A stretch of 64,000 nt of DNA from an uncultured cyanobacterium. Its GTDB lineage: Bacteria; Cyanobacteriota; Cyanobacteriia; Cyanobacteriales; Nostocaceae. The notes beneath the pieces were generated by a model. It was given only the letters and a program-made list of their open reading frames with translations. It made no database searches and was not told where the DNA came from. The DNA lies in assembly GCA_963740315.1 (NCBI GenBank), contig CAVUDP010000002.1, positions 2,016,001 to 2,080,000 of the forward strand, given 5' to 3'. A program made the position numbers and the translations under genes. The first letter of the stretch is position 1. Each line of letters begins with the position of its first letter. Positions 12,320 through 22,544 of this stretch are shown piece by piece.

Positions 12320-12514
12320 GGGGTTAGTGGTTAGTGGTTAGTTGATAGTGGTTAGTGGCTGGGAATCCATCACAGAAGGCTCAGCAGCTATAAGTTGAAG
12401 CGAGGCAGAGCCTCTAGATAGGCATTCCCAGCATGGAGACTGGGAACGAGTCTAGTAACTAACAACTAACAACTATCAACTATCAACTATCAACTAACAA
12501 CCAACAACTAACAA
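12320..12514. repeat. inverted STRR arrays (GGTTAGT/ACTAAC-type) enclosing a dispersed repeat between convergent genes
   Basis: 7-mer arrays in opposite orientation around GAGGCAGAGCCTC...TTCCCAG..CTGGGAACGAG hairpins. Confidence 0.8.
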
Positions 12515-13156
12515 CTAAATCGCTAAATTCTCTTTAGCCCATAAGGCGGCTTGGGTTCTATCTCTTAACCCGAGTCGCCCTAAAATTTGGGTAACGTAGT
12601 TTTTTACGGTTCCTTCGCTGAGATATAAAGTTTGAGAAATTTCTCGATTATTTTTTCCTTGGGAAATTAAAGTTAATACTTCTAATTCTCTTTCGGTTAA
12701 CTTTTCCTGAATCTCGCTTTCTTTAACCGGAATGGGAGGGCGCAACTGAGCAAATACTTTCGGGGCAATAGTCGGACCTAGTTGAGAATGACCTTGATGT
12801 ATGGCGTGAATTGCTGCTGCTAATTGAGGTGCGGGAGTGTTTTTAAGCAGATAACCCAAAGCCCCAGCTTGTAAAGACTGCCAGATATATTCGTCTTCAT
12901 CGAAAGTCGTTAGTACTAAAATTTTAATCCAAGGGAACTTTTGATGAATCTCGCGGGTTGCGGCTACTCCATCGCATACAGGCATCCGCACATCCATAAG
13001 AATTACATCGGGTTGCAATTGTTCGGTAAGAGAAATCGCTTCATTACCATGATTCGCTTGCCCGACAATTTGAATATCTTCCTCTAACGAAAGCAAAGAC
13101 GCTAATCCCTGGCGAAATAGTGGTTGATCATCTGCTAACAATAGCCGAATCATCAT
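12515..13156 (-). CDS. NarL/LuxR-family response regulator
   Basis: LLADDQ, DVILMDVRMP and LTTFD receiver motifs; LTERELEVL...SEGTVKNYV HTH. Confidence 0.95.
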   Translation of the reverse strand: MMIRLLLADDQPLFRQGLASLLSLEEDIQIVGQANHGNEAISLTEQLQPDVILMDVRMPVCDGVAATREIHQKFPWIKILVLTTFDEDEYIWQSLQAGALGYLLKNTPAPQLAAAIHAIHQGHSQLGPTIAPKVFAQLRPPIPVKESEIQEKLTERELEVLTLISQGKNNREISQTLYLSEGTVKNYVTQILGRLGLRDRTQAALWAKENLAI

Positions 13157-13345
13157 ATTATTAAGTTTTGGAGATGCTTTTTTTAAAGTATGGCAATATT
13201 AAAATCTTGTTCCCAACGTGTTTAGTTTTGTTACGGAATTGGGCATAAGGGATGGGGAGACAAGAGGAAGAGGGAGTAGGAAAAAATATAATTCTCAATT
13301 AAAAATCTAAAACAAACAAAACGCATCCGTTGTTAAAATCTAAAC

Positions 13346-13435
13346 AGGACTTACGCAACCGCAACCATAAATTAATTATTCCAACCGTTTAGATCCCCCC
13401 AACCCCCCTTTTAAAGGGGGGCTTTGCGTAAGCCT
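13346..13435. mobile_element. MITE-like element with AGGACTTACGCA...TGCGTAAGCCT ends
   Basis: Imperfect terminal inverted repeats around a CCCCCC-TTTTAAA-GGGGGG hairpin; no transposase. Confidence 0.6.
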
Positions 13436-13483
13436 ACTAAAGTTATTTAACTCCTAACTTCTAACTCCTAACTCCTCACTAAT

Positions 13484-14674
13484 TCAATTCGGAATCCAAA
13501 CCCGAATCCGAGTACCTTCACCCAAAGTACTTTTAATTTGAAGTTCTCCTCCTAAAATTTGCACTCTTTCCTGCATTCCCCGCAATCCAAAACCTGTATG
13601 ATGGGCGTTAACTTCAAAACCTTGACCATCATCTGTAATTTCTAAAATAATTCCTTCTCTATTTTGATAACCCTTTATATTTACAACTTTTGCAAAGGCG
13701 TGTTTTTGAATATTGTTAACTGCTTCTTGAACAATACAATACAGTTGATGGCTGGTTTGAATTGGTAATTGTGGTAATTCTGAATTTAAATTAATTATAA
13801 ATGATTGATTTCGTCCAACTTGTTCTACTAAAGTGGCTAAAGCTTGATTAAGATTAAAATTTGTTTGACGTATCGATCGCACTGAATTTCTTACTTTTGT
13901 TAAACATTCACTAGCTAAATCTTTAGCAATATTTAAAGAATTAACAGCTTGATTCGGATCTTTTTCGTATAACCTTTGAGCAAGTTCTAACTGTATATCT
14001 AATGTTGTGAGAGAATGACCTAAAGAATCATGAATTTCACGAGCTATACGACTGCGTTCTAAACTTGCGGCTAAGGTTTCTACCTGTTGGGTTAATGCTT
14101 CTGCTTTTTGACGGCTTTTTTGTTCTGCGATCACTACAAAGCTAAATAAAAGCACAAATACGCTGATTGTCAGATAGGCTGCAATGTTATCAATAACTAC
14201 TCTACGAACGATTAAATTAGGATTATCTAATTCTGCAATTAGTTGAGTTATATTAGCACGACTGAATTCTAATAATCTAGGTATACTAAAAGCTATAAAA
14301 AGATTATTTAATACTCCTAATATAATTGTAATTGAAATTACTTCTTTACGCTTTAATAAAAAACAACTTTTAGTAAGTATAAAATATAGAAATAGCTCAA
14401 AATAAATACCGAATAAAACAGGAATTATTACTACTAATATTTCTAATAAAATATAAAGTCTTCTCTGCCAAATAGGACGATCGATCGGAAATATAAAGCT
14501 TAAAGCTGTTAAAACAATTAACTGAATAAATCTAATATAAGTAGGTATTGGTAAGGAAGAATAATTAGTCTCATCACGATTTAACAAAAAAAGTAAGAAA
14601 TATACAATTAAAATCAACCATTCTACATAACTTACGGTACGACGGATAGATGAAGCAGTTTGGTTAAAATGCAT
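13484..14674 (-). CDS. membrane sensor histidine kinase, HisKA_3 type
   Basis: ERSRIAREIHDSLGH H-box, QEAVNNIQKHA, DDGQGF, GFGLRGMQER; multi-TM N-terminus. Confidence 0.95.
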   Translation of the reverse strand: MHFNQTASSIRRTVSYVEWLILIVYFLLFLLNRDETNYSSLPIPTYIRFIQLIVLTALSFIFPIDRPIWQRRLYILLEILVVIIPVLFGIYFELFLYFILTKSCFLLKRKEVISITIILGVLNNLFIAFSIPRLLEFSRANITQLIAELDNPNLIVRRVVIDNIAAYLTISVFVLLFSFVVIAEQKSRQKAEALTQQVETLAASLERSRIAREIHDSLGHSLTTLDIQLELAQRLYEKDPNQAVNSLNIAKDLASECLTKVRNSVRSIRQTNFNLNQALATLVEQVGRNQSFIINLNSELPQLPIQTSHQLYCIVQEAVNNIQKHAFAKVVNIKGYQNREGIILEITDDGQGFEVNAHHTGFGLRGMQERVQILGGELQIKSTLGEGTRIRVWIPN

Positions 14675-14743
14675 AATATTAAAATGACTGCAAGTTAAGT
14701 ATTTTCTATTATAAATATCATCTATTACAAGCTAAATTCGCAA

Positions 14744-14781
14744 CATGACTATAGTAATAAATATGCATGACTATAGTTAAT
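14744..14781. promoter_or_regulatory. tandem CATGACTATAGT boxes, candidate NarL-regulator operator
   Basis: 12-bp direct repeat at 14744 and 14766 (22-bp period) in the divergent kinase/14839 intergenic region; near-identical box at 39298-39313. Confidence 0.6.
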
Positions 14782-14838
14782 ATTCTTATAAAAATTTCTT
14801 AGTTAATCTATTATTAGCCGTTTTTCAGATCCGAGTAA

Positions 14839-15366
14839 ATGAAATTTCAAATCTTATTAAGTGGTTTTGCGATCGCAAGTAGTCTTTTCTGCTATATCCC
14901 TACTGCTGAAGCGGAACCAGCAGCCATTTTTAAGCCGTTGATTAAAGATATTCGTAATCAATTACCGAAAGGCTTGAGTATGCGTTTACCTGCTTATTTA
15001 CCAGCTTCACCGATAAAACTTTATCCCTACATTGAGTCAGATAGTTCATCTTTTGTTGTCAATATAACATTTAAACCTAACTGTTCTTCTGGATGTACTG
15101 TTGGTGCTATTGCTGCTTTAACACCTGAGAAAGCGAAAAATTTTCCTCCGCAAAAGGTTAAAACTACTTCGATTAACTTAAGTAATGGTATTCGCGGTCA
15201 ATATTTTACTTATGGTAACGATAAGAATAAAGTCAGATATCTTGCGTGGAATCAAGATGGACAAAAGTTTGCGATCGCTATCTTAGCTGAAGCTACATCT
15301 CAAAAAGAACTGATAAATATTGCTCAATCCGCGATCGATGAAGCACCGATTAAAAGCAGTAAGTAA
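14839..15366 (+). CDS. secreted hypothetical protein
   Basis: Signal peptide ending AEA; MRLPAYLP and a CSSGC Cys pair; 17 nt upstream of the Omp85 gene. Confidence 0.8.
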   Translation: MKFQILLSGFAIASSLFCYIPTAEAEPAAIFKPLIKDIRNQLPKGLSMRLPAYLPASPIKLYPYIESDSSSFVVNITFKPNCSSGCTVGAIAALTPEKAKNFPPQKVKTTSINLSNGIRGQYFTYGNDKNKVRYLAWNQDGQKFAIAILAEATSQKELINIAQSAIDEAPIKSSK

Positions 15367-15383
15367 ATTTAATAAATCAACTA

Positions 15384-17279
15384 ATGAAAATATCTACTTT
15401 CATAATTGGTGTTACAGCTAGCATTCTTAGTTTCACAAATCCAATCGTAGTTCAAGCTCAAACTCCCGCACAACAAAATACAACCAAAGAACAACCAGAA
15501 ACCCAAGTTTTGGTATCAGAAGTCACGGTTGAAGGTGTAGAAGGATTAGAACAACTAATTTATCAAGTAATTAAAACTCAACCGGGAAAAACGATTACTC
15601 GCGCTCAGTTGCAGCAAGATATTAATGCCATATTTAGTACGGGCTATTTTGCAAATGTACGCGCTATTCCTGAAGAAACTTCTGTGGGAGTTCGGATTAA
15701 ATTTGTTGTCGAAGCAAATCCGGTATTACGTGCTGTCAAGTTGCAAAGCGATCGATTACCCCAAGAAATTATCAATCAAAGTTTTAGCGAACAATACGGT
15801 CAAATTCTTAATTTCAAACAGTTCCAGGTAGGAATACAAAAATTAAATAAATGGTATCAAGATAACGGTTATGTTTTAGCCCAGGTAATAGATTCTCCTC
15901 AAATTAATCCCGATGGAACTGTAATTTTGCAAGTAGCGGAAGGAGTTATAGAAGATATTCAAGTACAGTTTGTTAATCCAGAGGGAGAAGAAACCAAAGG
16001 GAAAACGCAGAAATATATTATTACCCGTGAAATGCAGTTGAAACCGGGAAAGATATTTAAAAAAGAAGTTGCTCAAAAAGATTTACAGCGAGTGTATGGG
16101 TTAGGAATTTTTCAGGATATTAATTTAAAACTGAATCCTGCAAAAGACCCTCGTAAGGTAATATTAATCGTAAACGTTACAGAAGGTAGAAACTTTAGTT
16201 TATCTCCCGGCGGGGGATATAGTTCCAAAGGTGGACTTTTCGCTGCTAGTAGTGTTAATTTGCGAAATTTGAACGGTAGAAATCAAAGATTGGGAGCAAA
16301 TATCGAGTTAAGTCAGCGAGATTTAACCTTTGATGCTAATTTCACCGATCCTTGGATAGCAGGCGATTCTTATCGGACATCCTACACCGTCAATGCTTTT
16401 AAAAATCGTTCGTTTTCCCAAATATTTGATGGAGGGGAAACAGAAGTAAAACTAGCAAATGGATCTCGCCCCCAAGTTTTTCGGACTGGTGGTAATATTT
16501 CTTTCCGCCGCAACCTCAGTAAAAAAGTATTTGATAAATCGGAATGGGTAGCGAGTGCTGGTTTGAAATATCAGCGAGTTGCGATTCGCGATTCCGACGG
16601 CGATATTAATGCAAAAGATGCTTTGGGAAATAACCTTAGTTTTAGCGGTGACGGTACGGATGATTTGTTAACTGTGCCTTTAAGGTTAGTAAGGGATAAA
16701 CGGAATAATTCATTAAGCCCTACGAAAGGTTCTGTTTTAAGTTTGAGTACCGAGCAGTCAATTCCCATCGGTGACGCAAGTATTTTATCTAATAAATTAA
16801 GTGGTAGCTACAGCTTTTATATTCCCACTCGCTTAACTCAATTAACTGAAGGTTGTCGTAAATCGAACTTAGGAACTCAGCAATGTCCGCAAGCATTTGC
16901 TTTTAATCTTCAAGGGGGAACCGTAATCGGCGATTTACCTGCCTACGAAGCATTTTCTTTAGGTGGTGCCAACTCAGTAAGGGGATTTGGTGAAGGTGAG
17001 TTGGGAACCGCTCGCAGTTTTTTACAAGCATCTGCCGAATATCGTTTTCCAGTATTTTCTCTACTTAGCGGCGCATTATTTTTTGATGCTGCCACCGATT
17101 TAGGTACGGCAGATAGCGTAACAGGTAATCCCGCTGGCGTGCGCGATAAACCTGGTAGTGGTTTCGGTTATGGTTTGGGAGTGCGCGTCAAATCACCTTT
17201 AGGACCAATTCGTTTAGACTACGGTTATAACAATGATGGAGACAGCCGAATTCAGTTTGGGTTTGGGGAAAGGTTTTGA
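15384..17279 (+). CDS. Omp85/BamA-family outer-membrane protein (POTRA domains + beta-barrel)
   Basis: Signal peptide; POTRA motifs (DINAIFSTGYF, LNKWYQDNGY, DLQRVYGLGIF); SVRGF loop; GPIRLDY and C-terminal FGFGERF. Confidence 0.93.
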   Translation: MKISTFIIGVTASILSFTNPIVVQAQTPAQQNTTKEQPETQVLVSEVTVEGVEGLEQLIYQVIKTQPGKTITRAQLQQDINAIFSTGYFANVRAIPEETSVGVRIKFVVEANPVLRAVKLQSDRLPQEIINQSFSEQYGQILNFKQFQVGIQKLNKWYQDNGYVLAQVIDSPQINPDGTVILQVAEGVIEDIQVQFVNPEGEETKGKTQKYIITREMQLKPGKIFKKEVAQKDLQRVYGLGIFQDINLKLNPAKDPRKVILIVNVTEGRNFSLSPGGGYSSKGGLFAASSVNLRNLNGRNQRLGANIELSQRDLTFDANFTDPWIAGDSYRTSYTVNAFKNRSFSQIFDGGETEVKLANGSRPQVFRTGGNISFRRNLSKKVFDKSEWVASAGLKYQRVAIRDSDGDINAKDALGNNLSFSGDGTDDLLTVPLRLVRDKRNNSLSPTKGSVLSLSTEQSIPIGDASILSNKLSGSYSFYIPTRLTQLTEGCRKSNLGTQQCPQAFAFNLQGGTVIGDLPAYEAFSLGGANSVRGFGEGELGTARSFLQASAEYRFPVFSLLSGALFFDAATDLGTADSVTGNPAGVRDKPGSGFGYGLGVRVKSPLGPIRLDYGYNNDGDSRIQFGFGERF

Positions 17280-17671
17280 GGGGGTAGAGGGGGGAGAGGG
17301 AGACAAGGGGACAAGGGGACAAGGGGACAAGGAAAATATTTTAATGCAAAATCTAAAACCGAGAATACTTTAAATCTTTAACTGTTAACTGTTAACTCCT
17401 AACTCTTAACTCTTAACTATCCCCAATTCCCATTCACGCGGAGCGTGCGGGCGTATCCCAATTCAAAATTTCATTTATGCTGGTTTGTTTATACAGAACA
17501 AACTGCTTTTTAATTATTAAGCGAACATTATGAGTTAAGATTGGTCGGTGAGATATCTTGCGAAAAATCAACCAATCTCTTGTGGGGTCGGCATTTTATC
17601 TATTTATGGTAAAAAATTAGAAAATTTCAGAAAAGATTATTCTTTACGTTTTTTTTATCAGGTCAAAATGT

Positions 17672-18815
17672 ATGTTAGAGAAATTATTTCGTCCGACTCC
17701 TAAAGTAGTTGAACCCCACGACGAAGATTTTTATCATCATCCAGGAACAATACCGGGAACTCTTAATATAGATAGAGATGCGGCAGCTACCAAGGTTTTG
17801 TTAATTGATTACAATCAAAATAAAGTAATTTCTAAAAAAATTAATATCCCAGAAGATTGCGCGAAGTATCTGGATACTGAATCGGTGTCTTGGGTAGATG
17901 TGCAGGGTTTGGGTAATATAAATATTTTGCAACGTATTGGCAAAGTTTTTGAACTGCATCCTCTAGTTTTGGAAGATGTGGTAAATGTTCCAGAACGTCC
18001 GAAAATAGAGAATTATGAAGACCAATTGGTGATAATTTCTCGAATGGTGATGCCAACAGAAAATAGTGATGGTTTTCACAGCGAACAGGTAAGTTTTGTA
18101 TTGGGACAAAATTATTTGCTGACGGTGCAAGAAGAACCCACCCTTGATTGCTTCGATCCGGTACGCTTGAGAATTCGCAACAATAAAGGTATTATCCGCA
18201 AACAAGGAGTCTGATTACTTAGCTTACGCTCTTTTGGATGCAATTATCGATGGTTTTTTTCCCGTACTCGAAGATTATGGCGAACGCATTGAAGATTTAG
18301 AAGATGAAGTAATAGAAAATCCGACTCGAAAAACACTGCAAAAAATTTATCGAATTAGGCGAGAATTGTTACAATTACGTCGTGCCATATGGCCCCAACG
18401 TAGTGCTATTAATGCCTTAATAAGGGATAGTAACGAACTGATTAGTGATGAGGTAAGAATTTATTTAAGAGATTGTTACGATCATGCGGTACAAGTTATG
18501 GATATGGTAGAAACTTACCGAGAACTGGCATCGGGGCTGATGGATGTATATCTTTCTGCAATCAGCAACCGAATGAATGAAATCATGAAGTTGCTCACGG
18601 TGTTTTCGTGGATTTTCCTACCTTTAACCTTTATTGCTGGGTTATACGGGATGAATTTTGAATATATGCCCGGTTTGAAAACACCTTGGGGCTTCTGGTT
18701 ATGCGTAGGCTCAATGGTGGCGATCGCAATTGGTTTATTAGTGTTTTTCCGGCGCAGTGGATGGCTCGAAAGTCCTGCCACTCTTAAAGATGTTCGAGGT
18801 GAGCGAAAATTCTAG
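17672..18815 (+). pseudogene. corA: magnesium/cobalt transporter CorA, split by +1 frameshift near 18210
   Basis: Two ORFs join as ...IIRKQG[x]DYLAYALLDAIIDG if one base of GGAGTCTGAT is removed (380 aa); GLYGMNF signature. Confidence 0.85.
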
Positions 18816-18833
18816 GGGGTTACATTTAGATAA

Positions 18834-19556
18834 ATGCAAGAAACCACGAGTAATAATCCTAGCTTAGTTGTGCTGACGCTTTATATCATCGGCGTTAGCT
18901 ATGTTTTCAACTTAATGGTTGAATCAATTGACGAAAAAATTAAATTTGCTTATGACAAGAAAACTGTTGACGAACAATTAAAAGAACAAGAACTTGATGA
19001 TAAAGTTTCTATCGCCTTTAAACTATCGCCTTCTTACGATATTGATGGTTTAAAGGAATTCTTGGTTATCCTTAGCAATAAATCCGATAATCTTGCTATA
19101 TATGTTGACTGGGACAACTGTTCTTTTGTTGTCAAACATAAAAACGTATCGCGTCGAGTAATTCGTAAATCACCAGATTTGTCTCGCGATTTAGCCGTTC
19201 CTCAAAGTCCTAGTCTGGTTGCTCCCTCTCAAAACCTCGTAGAAAGTATTGCCACTGAAGACGTATTTGGGCGAGATCAAGAAACCGGAACATATGATGC
19301 AAAAAAAGCTTTAGTTAATATAAGTGGACTTAAAAGTAGTCCGGTGAGAGCGCAAAGAAAGTTATACAAAAATTTTATCAGCAGAAGACAACAAATAGAA
19401 TGTTCTCTTCAGTTGGCACTGAGGTTTTCAGAACTTCCCGTAGGTTTAATACCAGGTCAAAATGTTCCTCCCATGTCCATTATTACTTGTCCTTTTACAA
19501 TTAAAAAACTACCTTGGACTTACGCCCTACCTTGGAATCAAAAGAGAAAAAAATAA
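18834..19556 (+). CDS. hypothetical protein with N-terminal TM
   Basis: 240-aa ORF directly after corA. Confidence 0.75.
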   Translation: MQETTSNNPSLVVLTLYIIGVSYVFNLMVESIDEKIKFAYDKKTVDEQLKEQELDDKVSIAFKLSPSYDIDGLKEFLVILSNKSDNLAIYVDWDNCSFVVKHKNVSRRVIRKSPDLSRDLAVPQSPSLVAPSQNLVESIATEDVFGRDQETGTYDAKKALVNISGLKSSPVRAQRKLYKNFISRRQQIECSLQLALRFSELPVGLIPGQNVPPMSIITCPFTIKKLPWTYALPWNQKRKK

Positions 19557-19585
19557 TCTATTACTTTATCTAAACTAGAATATTA

Positions 19586-20039
19586 GGAGAGAGTAGGCGA
19601 GGTGGTTGCAAATTAGTTTTAATAAGCTAATTTGAGGAAAGTCCGGGCTTCCTAAAGACCAAACTTGCTGGGTAATGCCCAGTGCGTGCGAGCGTGAGGA
19701 TAGTGCCACAGAAAAATACCGCCTTTCTTCAGTGAACAGTTATCAGTGAACAGTGAACAGGTAATACTTGATAGCTGATAACTGATAACTGATAACTGTA
19801 AAAGGTAAGGGTGCAAAGGTGAGGTAAGAGCTCACCAGCAGCATCGAGAGGTGCTGGCTCGGTAAACCCCGGTTGGAAGCAAGGTGAGAGGAACTATGGT
19901 TGGTCTTTTTCCAGTTCCGTTTTAGAGAGCCGCTTGAGGCGTTTGGTAACAACCGTCCCAGATAGATAACCGCCCTTGAAATTCGGAGAGAAATTTCCGC
20001 ATTTTTAGAACAGAACCCGGCTTATGTCCGACTCTCTCC
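19586..20039 (+). ncRNA. rnpB: RNase P RNA (bacterial type A)
   Basis: GAGGAAAGTCCGGGCT, AGTGCCACAGAAA, AAGGGTGCAAAGG, GGTAAACCCC, CAGATAGAT and AGAACCCGGCTTAT motifs; ends GGAGAGAGT/ACTCTCTCC pair as P1. Confidence 0.98.
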
Positions 20040-20221
20040 CCCTTTTTTTGAAGATGGGGAGATGGGGAGATGGGGAGATGGGGAGACAAGAGGATAATTA
20101 CATATCAATAACTAATAACTTTCCCCCCAAATAACTCTTAACTCCGTGAGCCATGCCCAATGCCTAATGCCCCATTCCCAATGCCCTATCACCTTTAACC
20201 TTTAACCTTTGACCTCAATTA

Positions 20222-20932
20222 ATGTCTGTTATTTATCCGCGTCGTCAACGACAACTTGAAAGTTTGGTCAAAAAGCTGGGTTTATCAGTACAAGCACCTG
20301 TGAAGTGGGAGTTGCTGGATCTGGCGCTGACTCATCCGTCTATTTCTGAGTCGGCTAATTACGAACAACTTGAGTTTGTTGGGGATGCCGTGGTACGTCT
20401 GGTGGCTGCTCTTGTTTTATGGGAAAATTTTCATCATGCCCCAGTCGGTGATTTTGCTGCAATTCGTTCTGTACTCGTTAGCGATCGCATTCTCGCTCAA
20501 TTAGCTCGTTCTTACGGTTTGGAACTACATTTGTTAGTTGCTGGCAGCGCTTATGGAGATAGAGCCGGACAAGAATCTAGATTGGCGGATGCTTTTGAAG
20601 CGGTTTTAGGTGCGTTTTATCTAAGTACTAATAATTTAGAGTTGATTCGCCCTTGGTTAGATCCCCATTTTAAACAACTTGCGGCAGAAATTAGCTTAGA
20701 TCCAGCGAAACACAATTATAAAGCTGCTTTACAAGAATGGACTCAAGGACAGTATAAAACTTTACCAGAATACCGCGTTACTCAACTCGCTTCACCTCAA
20801 CACAATCAAGAACGCTTCATAGCTGAGGTTTGGCTGCACGAAAAAAAATTAGGTGAAGGTAAAGGACGTTCTATTAAAGCTGCCGAGCAAGCTGCCGCGA
20901 AAATGGCTTTTCTCGCAATACCTCAGCAATAA
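20222..20932 (+). CDS. rnc: ribonuclease III
   Basis: ALTHPS, NYEQLEFVGDAV and LADAFEAVLGA motifs; dsRBD NYKAALQEWTQ...KAAEQAAA. Confidence 0.93.
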   Translation: MSVIYPRRQRQLESLVKKLGLSVQAPVKWELLDLALTHPSISESANYEQLEFVGDAVVRLVAALVLWENFHHAPVGDFAAIRSVLVSDRILAQLARSYGLELHLLVAGSAYGDRAGQESRLADAFEAVLGAFYLSTNNLELIRPWLDPHFKQLAAEISLDPAKHNYKAALQEWTQGQYKTLPEYRVTQLASPQHNQERFIAEVWLHEKKLGEGKGRSIKAAEQAAAKMAFLAIPQQ

Positions 20933-21200
20933 TACTCAAATAATTAAATATTTACTCAGCTAATAATCGTAATTTTAGTCTCATTACTAACTTCCGGGCT
21001 AGTGGTTTACCACATAAGTTATGACGAGTTTGTAGTAAGAGCATTGGTTCCCTAAATCCGGAGGGCTTAAGCCCTTACTACGAACCTTAATGACTACTAA
21101 GCAAAATGTTTAAAGTACAAAATCCCAAATTTGTTTAGCTATCATATTGTATAAGTAATTACCAACAACTAATTACTAATAACTAATTACTAATAACTAA

Positions 21201-22271
21201 ATGACTAATTCAATCAAAATTGCTGCGATCGGGGTTGGACGTTGGGGCGTTCATTTACTGCGAAATTTTTTAGCACATCCTCAAGTTGAAGTTGTAGCGG
21301 TGGTAGATCCAAATCCAGAGTGCTTGGAGAAGGTGCAACGGCAATATAACTTAGAGGCAAATGTTTTATTAACTACCGAATGGCAAAAGTTACAGCAGCT
21401 ACCAGAATTAAACGCTGTAGTCATTGCGACTCCTGCTGTGACTCATTACTCCGCGATCGTCGATGCCTTGAATTGGGGATGTCATGTTTTAGCAGAAAAA
21501 CCTCTAACTCTTAATCCCGACTATTGCCGTCAATTATGCGAGTTGGCAGAAAAACAGCAATTGATTCTCATGGTAGATCATACCTATTTATTTCATCCGG
21601 CGGTAGAAAAAGGACAAGCATTATTGCAAGCTGGTGCTGTGGGAGATTTACGCTACGGTTACGCTACACGCACCCATTTGGGACCAGTTCGCCAAGATGT
21701 TGATGCACTATGGGATTTAGCCATTCACGATATTGCCATTTTTAATAATTGGCTGGGTGAATTACCTACTATGGCTCAAGCAACAGGAAAGGTGTGGTTA
21801 CAACAAAAAGCAGTAAATTCTCCCTCTCTCCCCCTCTCCCCATCCCCCCATCTCCCTATCTCTCCCCTGTCAGATTTAGTTCAAGTAACATTAACATATC
21901 CTTCGGGTTTTCAAGCATTCATTCATCTATGTTGGCTAAACCCGGATAAACAGCGACGATTGGTAGTTGTAGGTAGTCAGGGTAGCTTAATTTTTGATGA
22001 AATGTTACCCGATGCGCCTTTGACATTAATGCAGGGTGAGTTTCAACGTCAGGAAAATCGCTTTATCCCCGTGAATCAACAACGGAAAGTGGTAGAAATT
22101 GAAAAAGGCGAACCTTTGCAACGAGTTTGTAACGGTTTTATTGAATGCATCCAGCAAAATACTCCTTCATCAATATCTAATGGTTGGGTAGGTACGCAGC
22201 TAGTAGAGATTCTTACCGCTCTTACTCAGTCTTTAGAAGCAGGGGGTGAACCTATTTCTATTAAAAATTAA
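21201..22271 (+). CDS. Gfo/Idh/MocA family oxidoreductase
   Basis: GVGRWG, IATP..TH, LAEKP and WDLAIHD motifs; carries an in-frame STRR insert at 21819-21866. Confidence 0.92.
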   Translation: MTNSIKIAAIGVGRWGVHLLRNFLAHPQVEVVAVVDPNPECLEKVQRQYNLEANVLLTTEWQKLQQLPELNAVVIATPAVTHYSAIVDALNWGCHVLAEKPLTLNPDYCRQLCELAEKQQLILMVDHTYLFHPAVEKGQALLQAGAVGDLRYGYATRTHLGPVRQDVDALWDLAIHDIAIFNNWLGELPTMAQATGKVWLQQKAVNSPSLPLSPSPHLPISPLSDLVQVTLTYPSGFQAFIHLCWLNPDKQRRLVVVGSQGSLIFDEMLPDAPLTLMQGEFQRQENRFIPVNQQRKVVEIEKGEPLQRVCNGFIECIQQNTPSSISNGWVGTQLVEILTALTQSLEAGGEPISIKN

Positions 22272-22279
22272 ACATTTTA

Positions 22280-22430
22280 TATAGCAATCCGGTTTGAATT
22301 TTGAATAAGCCCAAGGTATTTGTAGGGTGTGTTACGGCTGAAGCCTAACGCACCGGAAACAAGGCAGTATGGTGCCGCGCAGCAAGCAACACACCCTACG
22401 TGTGTTTCAAAAATCAAATATGAGTCCTAT
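22280..22430. mobile_element. MITE-like element enclosing REP-like GTAGGGTGTGTT...AACACACCCTAC hairpin
   Basis: Outer degenerate inverted ends (ATAGCAATCC..TTTGAA / TTCAAAAATCAAA..TCCTAT) and an inner GTAG...CTAC inverted repeat; related half at 7027. Confidence 0.55.
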
Positions 22431-22438
22431 GTAAGGTT

Positions 22439-22543
22439 ATGGATATTGAAGAATTGTTGGAAAGGTATGCTGCTGGAGAAAGAAACTGTTTTTGTTCGCG
22501 GCTGATTTGAGTGGAAATGATATTAGTGGTATCAATTTGCTGA
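22439..22543 (+). pseudogene. 5' fragment of a pentapeptide-repeat gene
   Basis: MDIEELLERYAAGERN, then frameshift into ADLSGNDISGINL; compare MTVEELLEKYARG at 62525. Truncated by a repeat. Confidence 0.7.
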
Positions 22544-22544
22544 T

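Noticed and set aside
19743..19952. 69-aa minus-strand ORF
   Set aside because: Antisense to rnpB.
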